The notes under the pieces: generated by a model
The model's database searches: none
Told to the model about the DNA's origin: nothing
The model's input: the letters and a program-made list of their open reading frames with translations, nothing else
Assembly: GCF_006345805.1 (NCBI RefSeq)
Contig: NC_043020.1
Location: 27,776,001-27,840,000 of the forward strand
Length of the DNA stretch: 64,000 nucleotides
Direction of reading: 5' to 3'
Source of the DNA: Octopus sinensis
Taxonomy: Eukaryota
Part shown: one piece after another, positions 53,079-64,000 of the stretch
How the letters are laid out: each line of letters starts with the position of its first letter
How positions within the stretch are numbered: position 1 is the first letter of the stretch
Program-made: the position numbers and the translations under genes

Positions 53079-54542
53079 ATGTCGAAATTTACTCGTTGTA
53101 TAAAGCGTTATTCTTCATGTCGATGGAGATTATGTTACGCCTGTACTGTTGCTTTTCTTCTGCTACAAACATTGAGAGTTGATCTAAGCATGGCTTTTGT
53201 TTGTATGTTGAAAACACCCAATCGTACAACTGAGGAAGTTAAGTTTACTACAGGGAACCAGCAGTGTTCCGGTTTAGATAACCGTTCTCTAAACCAAAAT
53301 TATGAAGGGGAGTTAGAATGGGGCAGTACCCTACAATCAAACATATTGGCTGGGTACTTCTACGGATATATAGCAACTAATATTTTGGGTGGAATTTTGG
53401 CAGACAAATATGGTTGGAAAAGAGTTCTAGGAGGTTCGCTTTTATCAGCATCCATCCTGGCCATTCTTCATCCAAGTTTGTCTCGAATTAGTGGTTACTT
53501 TACTCTTATTCTAAGAATATTAACAGGCACAGTATCAGGACCGTTCTGCCCTGCGATTTACTCTTTATTTGGGCGTTGGATCCCTCCAGATGAGATAAGT
53601 TTATTTGTTGCGATTACATATGCTGGTCAAATTCTTGGGAGTGTTGTAGGTCTTTCAATATCTGGTTTTCTTTGTGATTATGGCTTCGATAATGGATGGG
53701 GTTCTATATTCTATGTATTTGGTGGATCATCGTTAGTATTTAGCACTGTATGGTTTTATGTGGCTTATGATAATCCAGATTCCCATCCCACTATCAGTGA
53801 AGAAGAACGTTCTCACTTAAAGAGAACTGTAATAAGTGAAAAGGCAATTCAAAAAGTACCATGGAAACGGCTGTTGCTTTCACCTGCTCTCTGGGCAATC
53901 AACTTCGGTTTCTTCGCTTATGCCTGGACGGATTTATCTTTCCAGATGTTGCTGCCCCTATATATGAAGGAAACTTTAAAAGTTAAAACTACATCCAACG
54001 GCTTAATGTCGTCTGCCCCTGCCATTGGACAAATCATTGCCCTTCCGTTGTGTGGAAAATTTGCAGATTTTATACGTTCAAAGAAATACATGTCAACTCA
54101 TTCAGTTCGAATTGTATTCCAAACCTTTTCTATGGTTACTTCGGCTTGTCTGCTGATAAGCGTAGGCTTTCTGACATGCGACCTAACCGTTCTAATAACT
54201 ATCCTCTTGTTTCTCAGTGGTATAACTCTATCGTTTTCCAGTGGTGGTGTCATCGTCAACAATATTGACATCGCTCCAAGTTACGCTGGTGTTATAAATG
54301 GAATTTCTAACACCTTTTGCTCAATGGCTGGTAGTATTAGTACCTTATCTACAAAAGCCTTGACCCCAAACGGTACCCAAGAAGAATGGCAGATCGTATT
54401 TGTTTTATGTGCTTCTGTATGTCTAGGTGGTGCAATACTATTTGCAGTCTTGGTAAGAACAGAAATCCAAGACTGGGAAAGGTCTGAAGGATCCAGAGCA
54501 ACTGTTACTTCCAGAGAAATAAATAAAATTGCAAAAGTTTAA
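53079..54542 (+). CDS. SLC17A5-like: SLC17/sialin-like transporter, paralog E (487 aa from ATG 53079)
   Basis: MSKFTRCIKRYSSC matches paralogs A and D. The ORF-track start at 53052 is a GTG. Intact, with all family motifs. Confidence 0.95.
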   Translation: MSKFTRCIKRYSSCRWRLCYACTVAFLLLQTLRVDLSMAFVCMLKTPNRTTEEVKFTTGNQQCSGLDNRSLNQNYEGELEWGSTLQSNILAGYFYGYIATNILGGILADKYGWKRVLGGSLLSASILAILHPSLSRISGYFTLILRILTGTVSGPFCPAIYSLFGRWIPPDEISLFVAITYAGQILGSVVGLSISGFLCDYGFDNGWGSIFYVFGGSSLVFSTVWFYVAYDNPDSHPTISEEERSHLKRTVISEKAIQKVPWKRLLLSPALWAINFGFFAYAWTDLSFQMLLPLYMKETLKVKTTSNGLMSSAPAIGQIIALPLCGKFADFIRSKKYMSTHSVRIVFQTFSMVTSACLLISVGFLTCDLTVLITILLFLSGITLSFSSGGVIVNNIDIAPSYAGVINGISNTFCSMAGSISTLSTKALTPNGTQEEWQIVFVLCASVCLGGAILFAVLVRTEIQDWERSEGSRATVTSREINKIAKV

Positions 54543-54834
54543 CTAGTGTGCTATGTTGTATATATGTATATATATATTTCTTTACTACCCACAAGGGGCT
54601 AAACATAGAGGGGACAAACAAGGACAGACAAAGGGATAAAGTCGATTACATTGACCCCAGTGCGAAACTGGTACTTAATTTATCGACCCCGAAAGGATGA
54701 AAAGCAAATAGCCACTACACACATTTTTTCTCTCCTTGTTTTTTCTGTGTCCCTTTCTGTTGAAGAGCGTAGACTCAAAACGTAAAAGACTTTTTTCTAT
54801 TCCTGAGCGTTATACTAATACATCTGTTGACTGG

Positions 54835-55160
54835 AGAGGGTTGTTGCTGAAAGACTATATCTGTAGCAGCAGAATTTGGCTCCTCACCCTTCTTCTGGTA
54901 AGAGTCAGGAGTGAGTATTGGAATATATATCAACGACTTCACCAACACCATTTTCTGGCATCTTAATTCCGCTAAACGTGTGGAGGGAATGCTAAGAAAG
55001 ACACCGACCATACTACCTACAGCACCAAGGCCGAGCTGGTGACCAAGATCAATGAGATGTTTGAAGATCTTCCTAAAGACACAGTGAGGAACGCATACAC
55101 CATGTTCCGGACTCTGTTGAGACTGTTACGAAAGCTGAGAACGGATAACTTTAAATAAAA
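54835..55160 (+). mobile_element. Tc1/mariner (maT/DD37D-like) transposase C-terminal remnant
   Basis: Fragments QQ.LAP.P.S.KSQ..., FW.LNS, and TYSTKAELVTKINEMFEDLPKDTVRNA.TMFR resemble mariner-group C-termini. Confidence 0.5.
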
Positions 55161-56094
55161 TGTTATTTCTCAGCCATTATCTAGTTGATATTTTTTTGTT
55201 TAAATTACTGTTATTTTTGGATTGGATATTGTATTTTCTTGTCCCTTTATGCGCATGTGCTAGTCAATATACATAATGCCTTATCTAATTAGGTACTTTT
55301 ATGATTTAGGCTGAATGAAAGTAATGTAACAGACGACTGACTCCCCAGTATAATTATACGTATAATTTATTCCTTTACACGTGTTCACACTCTCAGAGAC
55401 TTGCAGTGTTGAATATTTTTAGATTAGAAGTAACTTCAGGATCATATATTACTTGACACTATAGATTTATTACAGGCGCAGGAGTGGCTGTGTGGTAAGT
55501 AGCTTGATTACTTCCCACGAGTATTTGTTGTCTGTGTGCGCATGTGCCATTGTGTTGTGCACTGAAGAAATAGCCCGCAGTGTTTAGCCTGCCAAAAGAA
55601 GCTGCTGCAAGGTAACACTTTTCCCTCTTGGATCCAGTGAGGGTTGTTGTCTGTGCTTATTTTTTTTTACAAACAAGGAGTCCTCACTGGATTCAGGATG
55701 CTGGTCTATTTGCGGTTCAGCAATATGGTCCATAGTAAATGAAAATTTTTTCTCATTGTGGGAAGAACAGTTTGGTGGGCGTATCCTCCAGCCAAAAGTT
55801 GTCCACTTTTTAACAGTGTATGTTTTTACAACATTTACCTTTATTGGAAAGCTGTATTTCAAGTGGAGCAGTCCAGGTTCTAATTGGAGTACCATAAGGG
55901 CTTGGAGTACCTGAATGCCCAGAAGATTTTTTTGCTGTGATTTGTTTTGTTTTTTTGAACTGTTGTTTTCTTCTTCTATTGGGACATTTTTATTGAACTG
56001 TTTGCTTTTTTTCTTCTTCCCTTTTGTTTCCTTTTGAATTATCTCTTTCCTTTTTTGTGAAATATTGTTTTAGACTTTTTTATTTTTTATTTAA

Positions 56095-56380
56095 AACATG
56101 GTAAAAAAAATACGGATAAGATTTTAGAGTGGGAGATTGTCCCACCTAATTAGTGGCTCAGACAGCAAGAGGAAAGGACGGTGGTGTAGAGAACGTATCC
56201 GAAGGTTCTCGATACCATTACCGTCTTCCCCAAGCAAATGATTGAGCAGGAGTTGGCAGAACATCTGCCAACCATTGGGTATGTCCCTAGGGGAGTCAAA
56301 CATGCAACGGTGTGGTTGCTGTTTGACACCCCAGGGGAGGCTCGCAATTTTGCGAGCAAGCCCGTTGAGGGTAAAGAAAA
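56095..56380 (+). mobile_element. Possible L1/Tx1 ORF1 5' fragment
   Basis: GC-richer island encoding ERTVV.RTYPKVLDTITVFPKQMIEQELAEHLPTIGYVPRG..TVWLLFDTPGEARNFASKPL. Recognised from memory only. Confidence 0.3.
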
Positions 56381-56384
56381 GCCT

Positions 56385-56690
56385 TGTCAGTGGATTTCGT
56401 AGACGGAAACTGAAAGAAGCCCGTCGTATATATGTATATGTGTGTGTGTGTGTGTTAGTTTGTGTGTTTGTGTTTGTATGTGTGTTTTTTATCCTCCAAA
56501 CACCGCTTGAAAACCGATGCTGGTGTGTTTACGTTCCCATAACTTAGCGGTTTGGCAAAAAGAGACCGATAGAATAAGTACTAAGCTTATAAAGAATAAG
56601 TCCTGGGGTCGATTTGCTCGACTAAAGGCGGTGCTCCAGCATGGCCGCAGTCAAATGACTGAAACAAGTAAAAGAGTAAAAAGGGAGTAT
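56385..56690 (+). mobile_element. SINE family A, 5'-truncated
   Basis: Body, microsatellite and tail as in other copies. Confidence 0.85.
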
Positions 56691-57016
56691 ACACATTATT
56701 AATGAAGACAGCGTTTCATAATTTCGACGAAGTCTACGGCGGACTTGGCATTTCAAGGATTGCAGAACGCCAACAATTAAATCGAGTGCAATTATGTGAG
56801 TAGAGGATTCACATGAGATGAAGGCGGTCATGGGAGAGTGAAAGGAACTAAATATAAAGGAGAGGAATTTGTTCGGATTCCGTTGCAGGCTGACGTAAGA
56901 GCGACCAACTGTATTATTGTATATGAAGAGAAGCAAGGATAGACGTGAGGAAGATAACAAAGAAACGGTAAGTAAAGAAAAGACGAACAAACCCACAAGC
57001 ACATTTAAACACAAGC

Positions 57017-57057
<41 letters not shown>

Positions 57058-57206
57058 TACACATAACTGTATATACATCCATATATGTATAAACAAACAT
57101 ACACTCACAGACATATTAACACACATAAGTACATATACTTACATGTTTACATAGATACATATATACATGCAAACATGCATACATACATACATACATACAT
57201 ACATAC

Positions 57207-57367
<161 letters not shown>

Positions 57368-57525
57368 TAGAAAAAAAACACCTTTTATTAATTTAATAAT
57401 GAAAAATCAAATTATACCATTTAGAAAAATTACATATAATAGTAAGATTAAATATAAGATAAAACATATAACGATGAATAACGATGCAAAATAGTTATTG
57501 CATTATTATATTATAAATTATATTA

Positions 57526-57610
<85 letters not shown>

Positions 57611-58131
57611 CGTATGTATGCTGAATTTTTGTTTCCCTCGCGATAGGTGAAAATCCGCGAAATAGAAACAGTACTGTTTTTGTTATTATTTCTATACTTT
57701 GCATTTATTTTTTTTTTAATTATAAACACATAAAAAACACCACACACCCGTCTCCCGAGTTTTGTTTCTCATACAGTTTGTGCGATTCTTTATTTACTCA
57801 TCGACGATACACGACGTATTTTCTTTTGATATATTTTAATTAAGGTGTTATACTGTTCTGTACTGTTTGCTAATTTCATTTATTAATTTATTAATTTGGG
57901 GGCGTGAAAATGCAGAACGCAGAATGACTTTTGCGAGTACCTTGGCCAAGGACTTCTCCTCTGAGTTCTGCACACTCCGCACAGCAGATAAATTTAGTCC
58001 TTTTCTATGCCGTCAACTATTTGTCACAGTATCGTGTTTCTTACCGAATGTCTGAGTGTATTTATAAGTAAAGTCGTTTCTGTATATTTAAACAAAAATA
58101 CGATAAGACAGTTGTGGAATTTTAGATAAAA

Positions 58132-58400
58132 GTCGGTGAGCTGGCAGAATCGTTAGCACGCCGGGCGAAAGGCGTAGCCGTATTTCGTCTGCCGTTACGT
58201 TCTGAGTTCAAATTCCGCCGAGGTCGACTTTCCTTTTTATCCTTTCGGAGTCGATAAATTAAGTACCAGTTACGCACTGGGGTTGATATAAGCGACTTAA
58301 TCCGTTTGTCTGTCTGTCCTTGTTTGTCCTCTCTGTGTTTAGCCCCTTGTGGGTAGTAAAGAAATATGTATTTCGTCTGATGCTACGTTCTGAGTTCGAA
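58132..58400 (+). mobile_element. SINE family B monomer plus start of a second body
   Basis: After gtagtaaagaaata the sequence restarts at gtatttcgtctg..ctacgttctgagttc. Confidence 0.85.
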
Positions 58401-58859
58401 TTCCACCGAGGTCAACTGCCTGTATCAATTAGTAGTAACTATTTTCATTTCAATCCGTTGAAAATGTATAATTCACTAATTGAGCAAATTAATTAGGACT
58501 TCAATGGTAATCGCCACTAATATATTTACACCAGCTTTCTAAATGTATTCGGTTCCCTTCATTAAAATTCTTTCGTTCCATAAACGCAGAACAGGTCGTT
58601 AATACAGCGTGTGTTTGAGTAGCTATATTGTGTATCAAATATTTTAATTACTGTTATGATGACAACGTTATGTTCTTGTAGTGTGTGAGAGATAGAGAGA
58701 AAGACAGAGAGAATCTATATACGAATTAATTACACATATAACTGTTAAACGTATGATTTAGTAGTTTTGTTGTAACGTTACACGCTCTGTGTGTGTGTGT
58801 GTATATGTGTTATTGTGTGTGTGTACGCGCGCGCTTAGCTTTACATTGTCGCATGAAAC

Positions 58860-59720
58860 CCCAGAACCCGTTGGCACGTGGCCTCTGTGACAAGTGGCCT
58901 CTCTAGAAATTGAAGGAGGAAAAGACTTCGTTACTTTATGTCCATAACGGGGGACTGTCTCCCTTTGGTTGTTATTTGTAATCGACACTGTTATCACGTG
59001 GGTCCCAGGACACCAGCAGGAATTTCCTGAAGTGCAAACAAGGTCTGAAAGTATCCATTCTGTTGCATTGTGTGTAATTATGCTTTTAAAGTTTGGGATG
59101 GAACTAACACTTATTCTTGTCCCTCGCAGATAGACATTTTCCAATGCATCACAAATATAGAAAACTCTTTAATAGTCATCACCTAAAAATTAGTTTTACT
59201 TCGACCCCAAAATTTAAAAGTATCATAACACTCAATGCAACACAACAACACGAAGCCGGCTGTTCCTGTAGGGATAAAGACTTGTACCCACTAAATGGAG
59301 CCTGTATGACCGAAGCCATTATTTATGAAGCCACCGAAAATTCTACGAACGGTTATAATGTAATTTCATCCAAAAGATATGTAGGTCTCACAGAAGGAAA
59401 TTTTAAAGCTAGATTCAACAATCACACTTTATGCTTCAGATACTGGAATAGACGATAACCTACCAGTTTATCCAGTTATGTATGGTTCTTAAAAGAACAA
59501 GGTGTCAACTACAGGATTTACTGGAAAATCTTAGCTGAGTGTAAACCTTATACCAATGGTAGTGGCAAGTTCAGCCTTTGGAATATGGAAAGATGGCTCA
59601 TCTGAAGTTCCTTGGACACGCTACTTGTTTAAATTCAAGAACTGAACTTGGTTCATGTCCATATGTCACAAAATACCTATTACGGTTTGGGGCTAGAATC
59701 CACTTATTTACTATGTTCCT
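58860..59720 (+). mobile_element. Penelope-like element 3' fragment (GIY-YIG region) with a short related fragment in opposite orientation at 58860-59125
   Basis: DRHFP.HHKYRKLFN...CSCRDKD.YPLNGAC.TEAIIYEA...RYVGLTEGNFKARFNNH. The minus-strand RISVSSIPNFKSIITHNAT parallels KISFTSTPKFKSIITLNAT. Confidence 0.8.
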
Positions 59721-59889
59721 ACACAAGCCTTTCCATATGTTGTAACTTCCATTAATTTTTGATTTTTAAGTCTTTATTTTTATATATTTTTCATTTTTTT
59801 CCTTTTTCCTCTAATTGTGTGAATGTGTATGTATGTATATATTTTATGTGTATATGTGTGTGCGTATATATATATATATATATATATAT

Positions 59890-60019
<130 letters not shown>

Positions 60020-60342
60020 ATATTATTTTAATAATAAAATCAATTATATTTTTACCTGGTAGCCAGTGCGGAAATGAAAACCTTTTAGACAATTTTTAAA
60101 ATTGTTTTTATAATTATATACATAATTATGATAATGGGTCAGCTTTATGCCTCACCTCGTACCGTTAGATGTGTGTGTGTGGTGTGTGTGGTGTGTGTGT
60201 GTTGTGTGTGTGTGAGTATGCGTTTGTGTGTGTGTACTTTTGAAAATCTTTTTTATTAAATGTGAAACCGGTCAATTCAATAAACATCTTTAAAAGACCC
60301 TGCATTTTCAAATCTTCTTCCCTATATATGCATATGTGTATA

Positions 60343-60400
<58 letters not shown>

Positions 60401-60406
60401 ATATAT

Positions 60407-60724
60407 AAAGGAAATGAAGAAAATGCTGACAAAATAATTCAAGTAAGGGAGAGTGTATTTAATTAGGTGAAAGTTCTTTTTACCGGTTGCGCATTGTTAT
60501 GCTTATCAAAAGATTTTTTAAGAGAGATAGAGTTCCTTTCTGATGGATTTTTTTCTCTTATCTGACTGTCAGATAAGTGAAAAAATCCATCAGAAAGGAA
60601 CTCTATCTCACTCAAAATATCTTTGATAAGCATAACAAATGCGCAACCGGTAAAAAGAACTTTCACCTAATTAAATACACTCTCTTACTTAAATTATTTT
60701 GTCAGCATTTTCTTCATTTCCTTT
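60407..60724. repeat. Palindrome with about 160-bp arms centred on 60567, (TA)n on both sides
   Basis: ttatctgac-t-gtcagataa centre. The arms are reverse-complementary out to aaaggaaatgaagaaaatgctgac / gtcagcattttcttcatttccttt. Confidence 0.93.
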
Positions 60725-60761
60725 TTTTATATCACAACTCGTGTTCCAACACCTCCTTTTT

Positions 60762-60805
<44 letters not shown>

Positions 60806-60914
60806 ATATATATATTATTTATATATATATATATATATAATATATATATATATATAATTACATATACATATATATGTTATATATATGTATGTATATATGT
60901 ATATATATATATAT

Positions 60915-63900
60915 ATATGAAAAAACAAGTCAAAAATAGAAAATGCTAAAATAATTTTATAGTGAACATTTCAGTACCGGTTTCGGTCATTTTGAGACCT
61001 TTTCAACTGTAACGATTAATAATTAAATTTAGAAAAATTAGAAGAAAAGTTTTTTTAAAAGAATATTTCTATAGTAGTGTTCAGATTTAAGTGGCATTCT
61101 GCCTTTCTCTGACTCCCTTGTTTGCACTTGTGTGTCGGAGGTCGTTGTGAGTTCTTGGAAGGGTAGTAGAGGGAGAAGGCTGGTGGGGAAAGGGGGATGG
61201 GAGAATCTGGGAGTGCCCTGATGGTCGTATTTTGAATGTCAGTGGCGGCTGGCAGTCTCAGTTCAATTCAGGAGAATATTTATATTGACAGGCTTGTTTA
61301 TAGAATTAGCGTAGGTTTATAGAATTAGCGTAGGTGTTATACTAAAAAACATTAGTGACAAAGTTAAGGGGTAGGGGGTGGAGAAGTAGAAGAAGAAGAA
61401 GAAGAAGAAGAAGGAGAAGGAGAAGGAGAAGGAGAAGATGACGATGATGGTGGTGGTGGTGATGATTATGACGACGATGATGATGATAATGATGATTGAA
61501 GAAGAAGGAGGAGAAGGAGAAGATGGTGGTGATGATGGTGGTGATGATGATGACGACGATGATGATGATAATGATGATGATGAAGAAGAAGAGGAAGAAG
61601 AAGAAGAAAAAAACAGAGAAGGGGGAATATGAATGGGTGTAAGTATAGCTATGAAGGGGCTGATTAGTAATGGATTCTATGGAGTGTAATATTTGTGTGT
61701 ATATATTTTTTTTTCTTTTATTCTAAAGTTGAGGTATATTAATTGTTTGTCGTAGACCCGTTTAGAAGTGGCTTGTATTTTGTAATAAAGAGATTTTCTT
61801 TACTTATTCGTTGTCTCGAGTTGTATCGTCCCTAAATTGGTAGAGGGGGAAAATTCTGAAGTTTGGTGTTTTTTTTTTTTTGCGCAAGTATCTATGTGTT
61901 GGCTAAAAGCTATTTTTCTGTTTTGGGGAATTTTTATCTGGGATCTGTGCAGGGCCATTCGTTTACGCAAACCATTTTTTTGTTTGGCCTATGTACTGCT
62001 CTTGACACCCGAGCAGGTTAGTGAGTATATTAGGTTCTCCGAAGCACATGTGAAGTTGCTTTTCACTGTAAACCGTTGTCCCTGCTTGAAGGAGAACTCT
62101 GATCCCTCAATTAGATAGTCGCATATCCCGCAATTGGGTCTTCCACATTTTTTTACTGTCGGCTTCTGTGTTGAGGAGTGAATTCGGGCTTGTGTAAGGA
62201 GACTTTTCATGGATCTAGGCTGTCTTTTGCTTTTTATGATCGTGTGTGTTTGGAGGATTGTGTTCATTCTGTGGTCTTTTTTTAGGAGGGGTATGTTGTG
62301 GAGGATGGTGTCGAAGGCTTCGTTATTGAGAGGGTTTTGTGTGTGGAGATGTATGGTAAGGCTTTTGGTTGTAAGTTTTTCTTTGATTTGGGATGTCTCA
62401 GTTCCTTGATGTTAAGTTGAAGGGCACGTTGAATGCACTTGTCAATAAGTGAAGGTGGATAGTTCCTGGTGATTAGGGTATCTTTTAGTTCTTGTAGTCG
62501 TGTGTCTCTGGTGTTTGCGTTAGAGACTATAGTGCATATCCTTTTTGCTAGATTGAAGGGGATATTCATCCTGGTGTGTCTGGGGTGGCATGAATTGAAT
62601 GGAAGATATTGCTTAGAGTCTGTAGGCTTATAGTATATGTCTGTTTCTATTATATTATTAGCTTTCTTAATGAGGATATCGAGGAAGGGGAGTTGTTGTT
62701 GGCTATATTCCATCGTGAATTGGATGTTTACGTCCAGTCCGTTTAAAATTTTCTGGAATTCTATGAGTTTTTCTATATTTTTATGCCAAAGGATGAAACA
62801 GTCATCTAGATATCTCTTCCAGTTGTTTTCTATGTAGATGGAGAAAGGGCTGCCATATCTTTCTAGAACCTTACGATACAGACTGATCTCTAGGTATCCT
62901 ATGACTAGTTTGGCAAAGGAGGGGGCCATTCGTGTACCCATCACAGTCCCCGATTTTTGTCGGTAGAAGTTGTCATTGAAGGCGAAGAAGTTATTTTCCA
63001 GATGAAATTTGACCCCTTCTATCACAAATTCTTTTTTGATGCGGTGTGTTAGTTCGTTGGCGTGATTCTCTAGCCAGAATTGGATTGCCTCTAGTCCTAG
63101 GTTGTGGGGAATATTGGAGTAGAGGTTGACTACATCGAAGGATACCAGTATGGTGTTTTTGTTTATAGTATTCGGTAGGTGATTGAGCATATCTAAGTCG
63201 TCCCTTATATAACTTTTGACATGTTTGAGGAGTGGTTTTAACAGGGTGTCTAAAAAGTTACTGAGGCGGTGGGTTTCGCATGCGGGACCTGCTATTATGG
63301 GTCTCAATTTGAGGTCATTAGGATTAGGGACTTTAATTATTTTGTCTGTAGCTATCTTGCATGCGTTGCTTATTTTTTCACTTTTGTGGATCTTAGGTAT
63401 ACCGTAGAATTGGCTAGTTTTACTTGTGAAATTGGTCATATAATCATATTCTTTGTCGGTGAGCCCTGCTTTGTATGGTTTAATATAGATTTTAGTTCCC
63501 TCATTATTTTTTGTTGACTGTAGTTTTGTGCCTTTTCATAGTATGTTGTGTCTTCCAGCATAGAAAGTACCAAAGTTATGTAAAATGTCGTGTCCATTAG
63601 ACAACAGCACTCCCTTTATCGGCCTCTTTGATTATTATGTTTTATCTAGTTTTACTTTGTTCAACTCAGCCCATTCTTTTTGCTTAAGTTTGGTTTTGGT
63701 TTGTTTGTTTGTGCATGTTGATATGGGTAATTTGATATGTGGTCACAGAAATCATCAAGTGTTTTATTCTTACCTTCGAGGGGGTGTAGTTACTCCTATT
63801 TCTGGCTAACGATTCGTCCTCGTTGTATTATCGTATAGCTCCTCAGTAAGTCTTAATTTTCTGCAGAATTCTGCGATGTCTTCTTTCATTTCATTGTAGT

Positions 63901-64000
63901 TGGGGTGTTGTGGGGTGGGTGTAAACTTGAGTCCTTTGGAAAGTATGTTTATTTGGTTTGCTGTTAGTTCCTTGTGAGTTAGATTAATAATTTTTATTAC
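60915..64000 (-). mobile_element. Penelope-like element: RT plus GIY-YIG ORF (stop at 61739, 5' end beyond the window), 3' terminal region ending at (TA)n
   Basis: LSKGLKFTPT, FYGIPKIHK, LRPIIAG, LVSFDVVNLYSNIP, GTVMGT, RYLDDCF, PFLDI, YYKPTD, then CGRPNCGIC..FTCASENLIY.LTC..YI. A few 1-bp frameshifts. Confidence 0.93.
60972..61009 (-). ncRNA. Minimal type I hammerhead ribozyme, U3-A8 core variant
   Basis: Minus strand: CAG UUGAAAA GGUC ucaaaau GACC GAAA CCGG UA CUG, i.e. stem I, core, 4-bp stem II, GAAA, palindromic stem III, UH site and stem I'. It lies on the sense strand of the PLE. Confidence 0.7.

Noticed and set aside
55584-55895. 103-aa minus-strand ORF in non-repetitive-looking sequence
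   Set aside because: No recognisable domain or splice context, and it lies among TE fragments. It cannot be supported as a gene.
61380-61632. Poly-Asp/Glu ORF (MTMMVVVV..DDDD..EEEE)
   Set aside because: It is a trinucleotide microsatellite in the antisense of the PLE 3' region.

Overview
This is repeat-rich, AT-rich eukaryotic DNA, very likely from an octopus. That is inferred from the tRNA-derived SINE families, the extreme (TA)n/(GATA)n/(TAA)n content and the tandem sialin expansion; no database check was possible. The only host genes are five single-coding-exon SLC17/sialin-like MFS transporter paralogs (A 118-1581 minus; B 12781-14250; C 23493-24947; D 43182-44644 with one 1-bp frameshift; E 53079-54542). 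The rest is SINEs, LINE fragments (a near full-length CR1/L2-group element, Tx1, R4/Dong-like, RTE), Penelope-like elements (PLEs), DNA-transposon remnants, microsatellites and one 100-N scaffold gap. Four observations stand out. (1) All five transporters have lost the TM4 protonatable glutamates of sialin/VGLUT, all carry a new Asp in TM1, three carry one in TM7, and each has a different substrate pocket. (2) A minimal hammerhead ribozyme with a compensatory U3-A8 core lies at the 3' end of the PLE, and at least two further dispersed hammerhead-like families occur, often as inverted pairs at (TA)n. (3) Retroelements appear to partition the microsatellites: Tx1 at (GATA)n, Dong/R4-like at (TAA)n, PLE termini at (TA)n. 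(4) Four long inverted repeats lie just downstream of paralog D. Human sialin/VGLUT residue numbers are quoted from memory and need an alignment check. Most repeat boundaries are estimated by eye.
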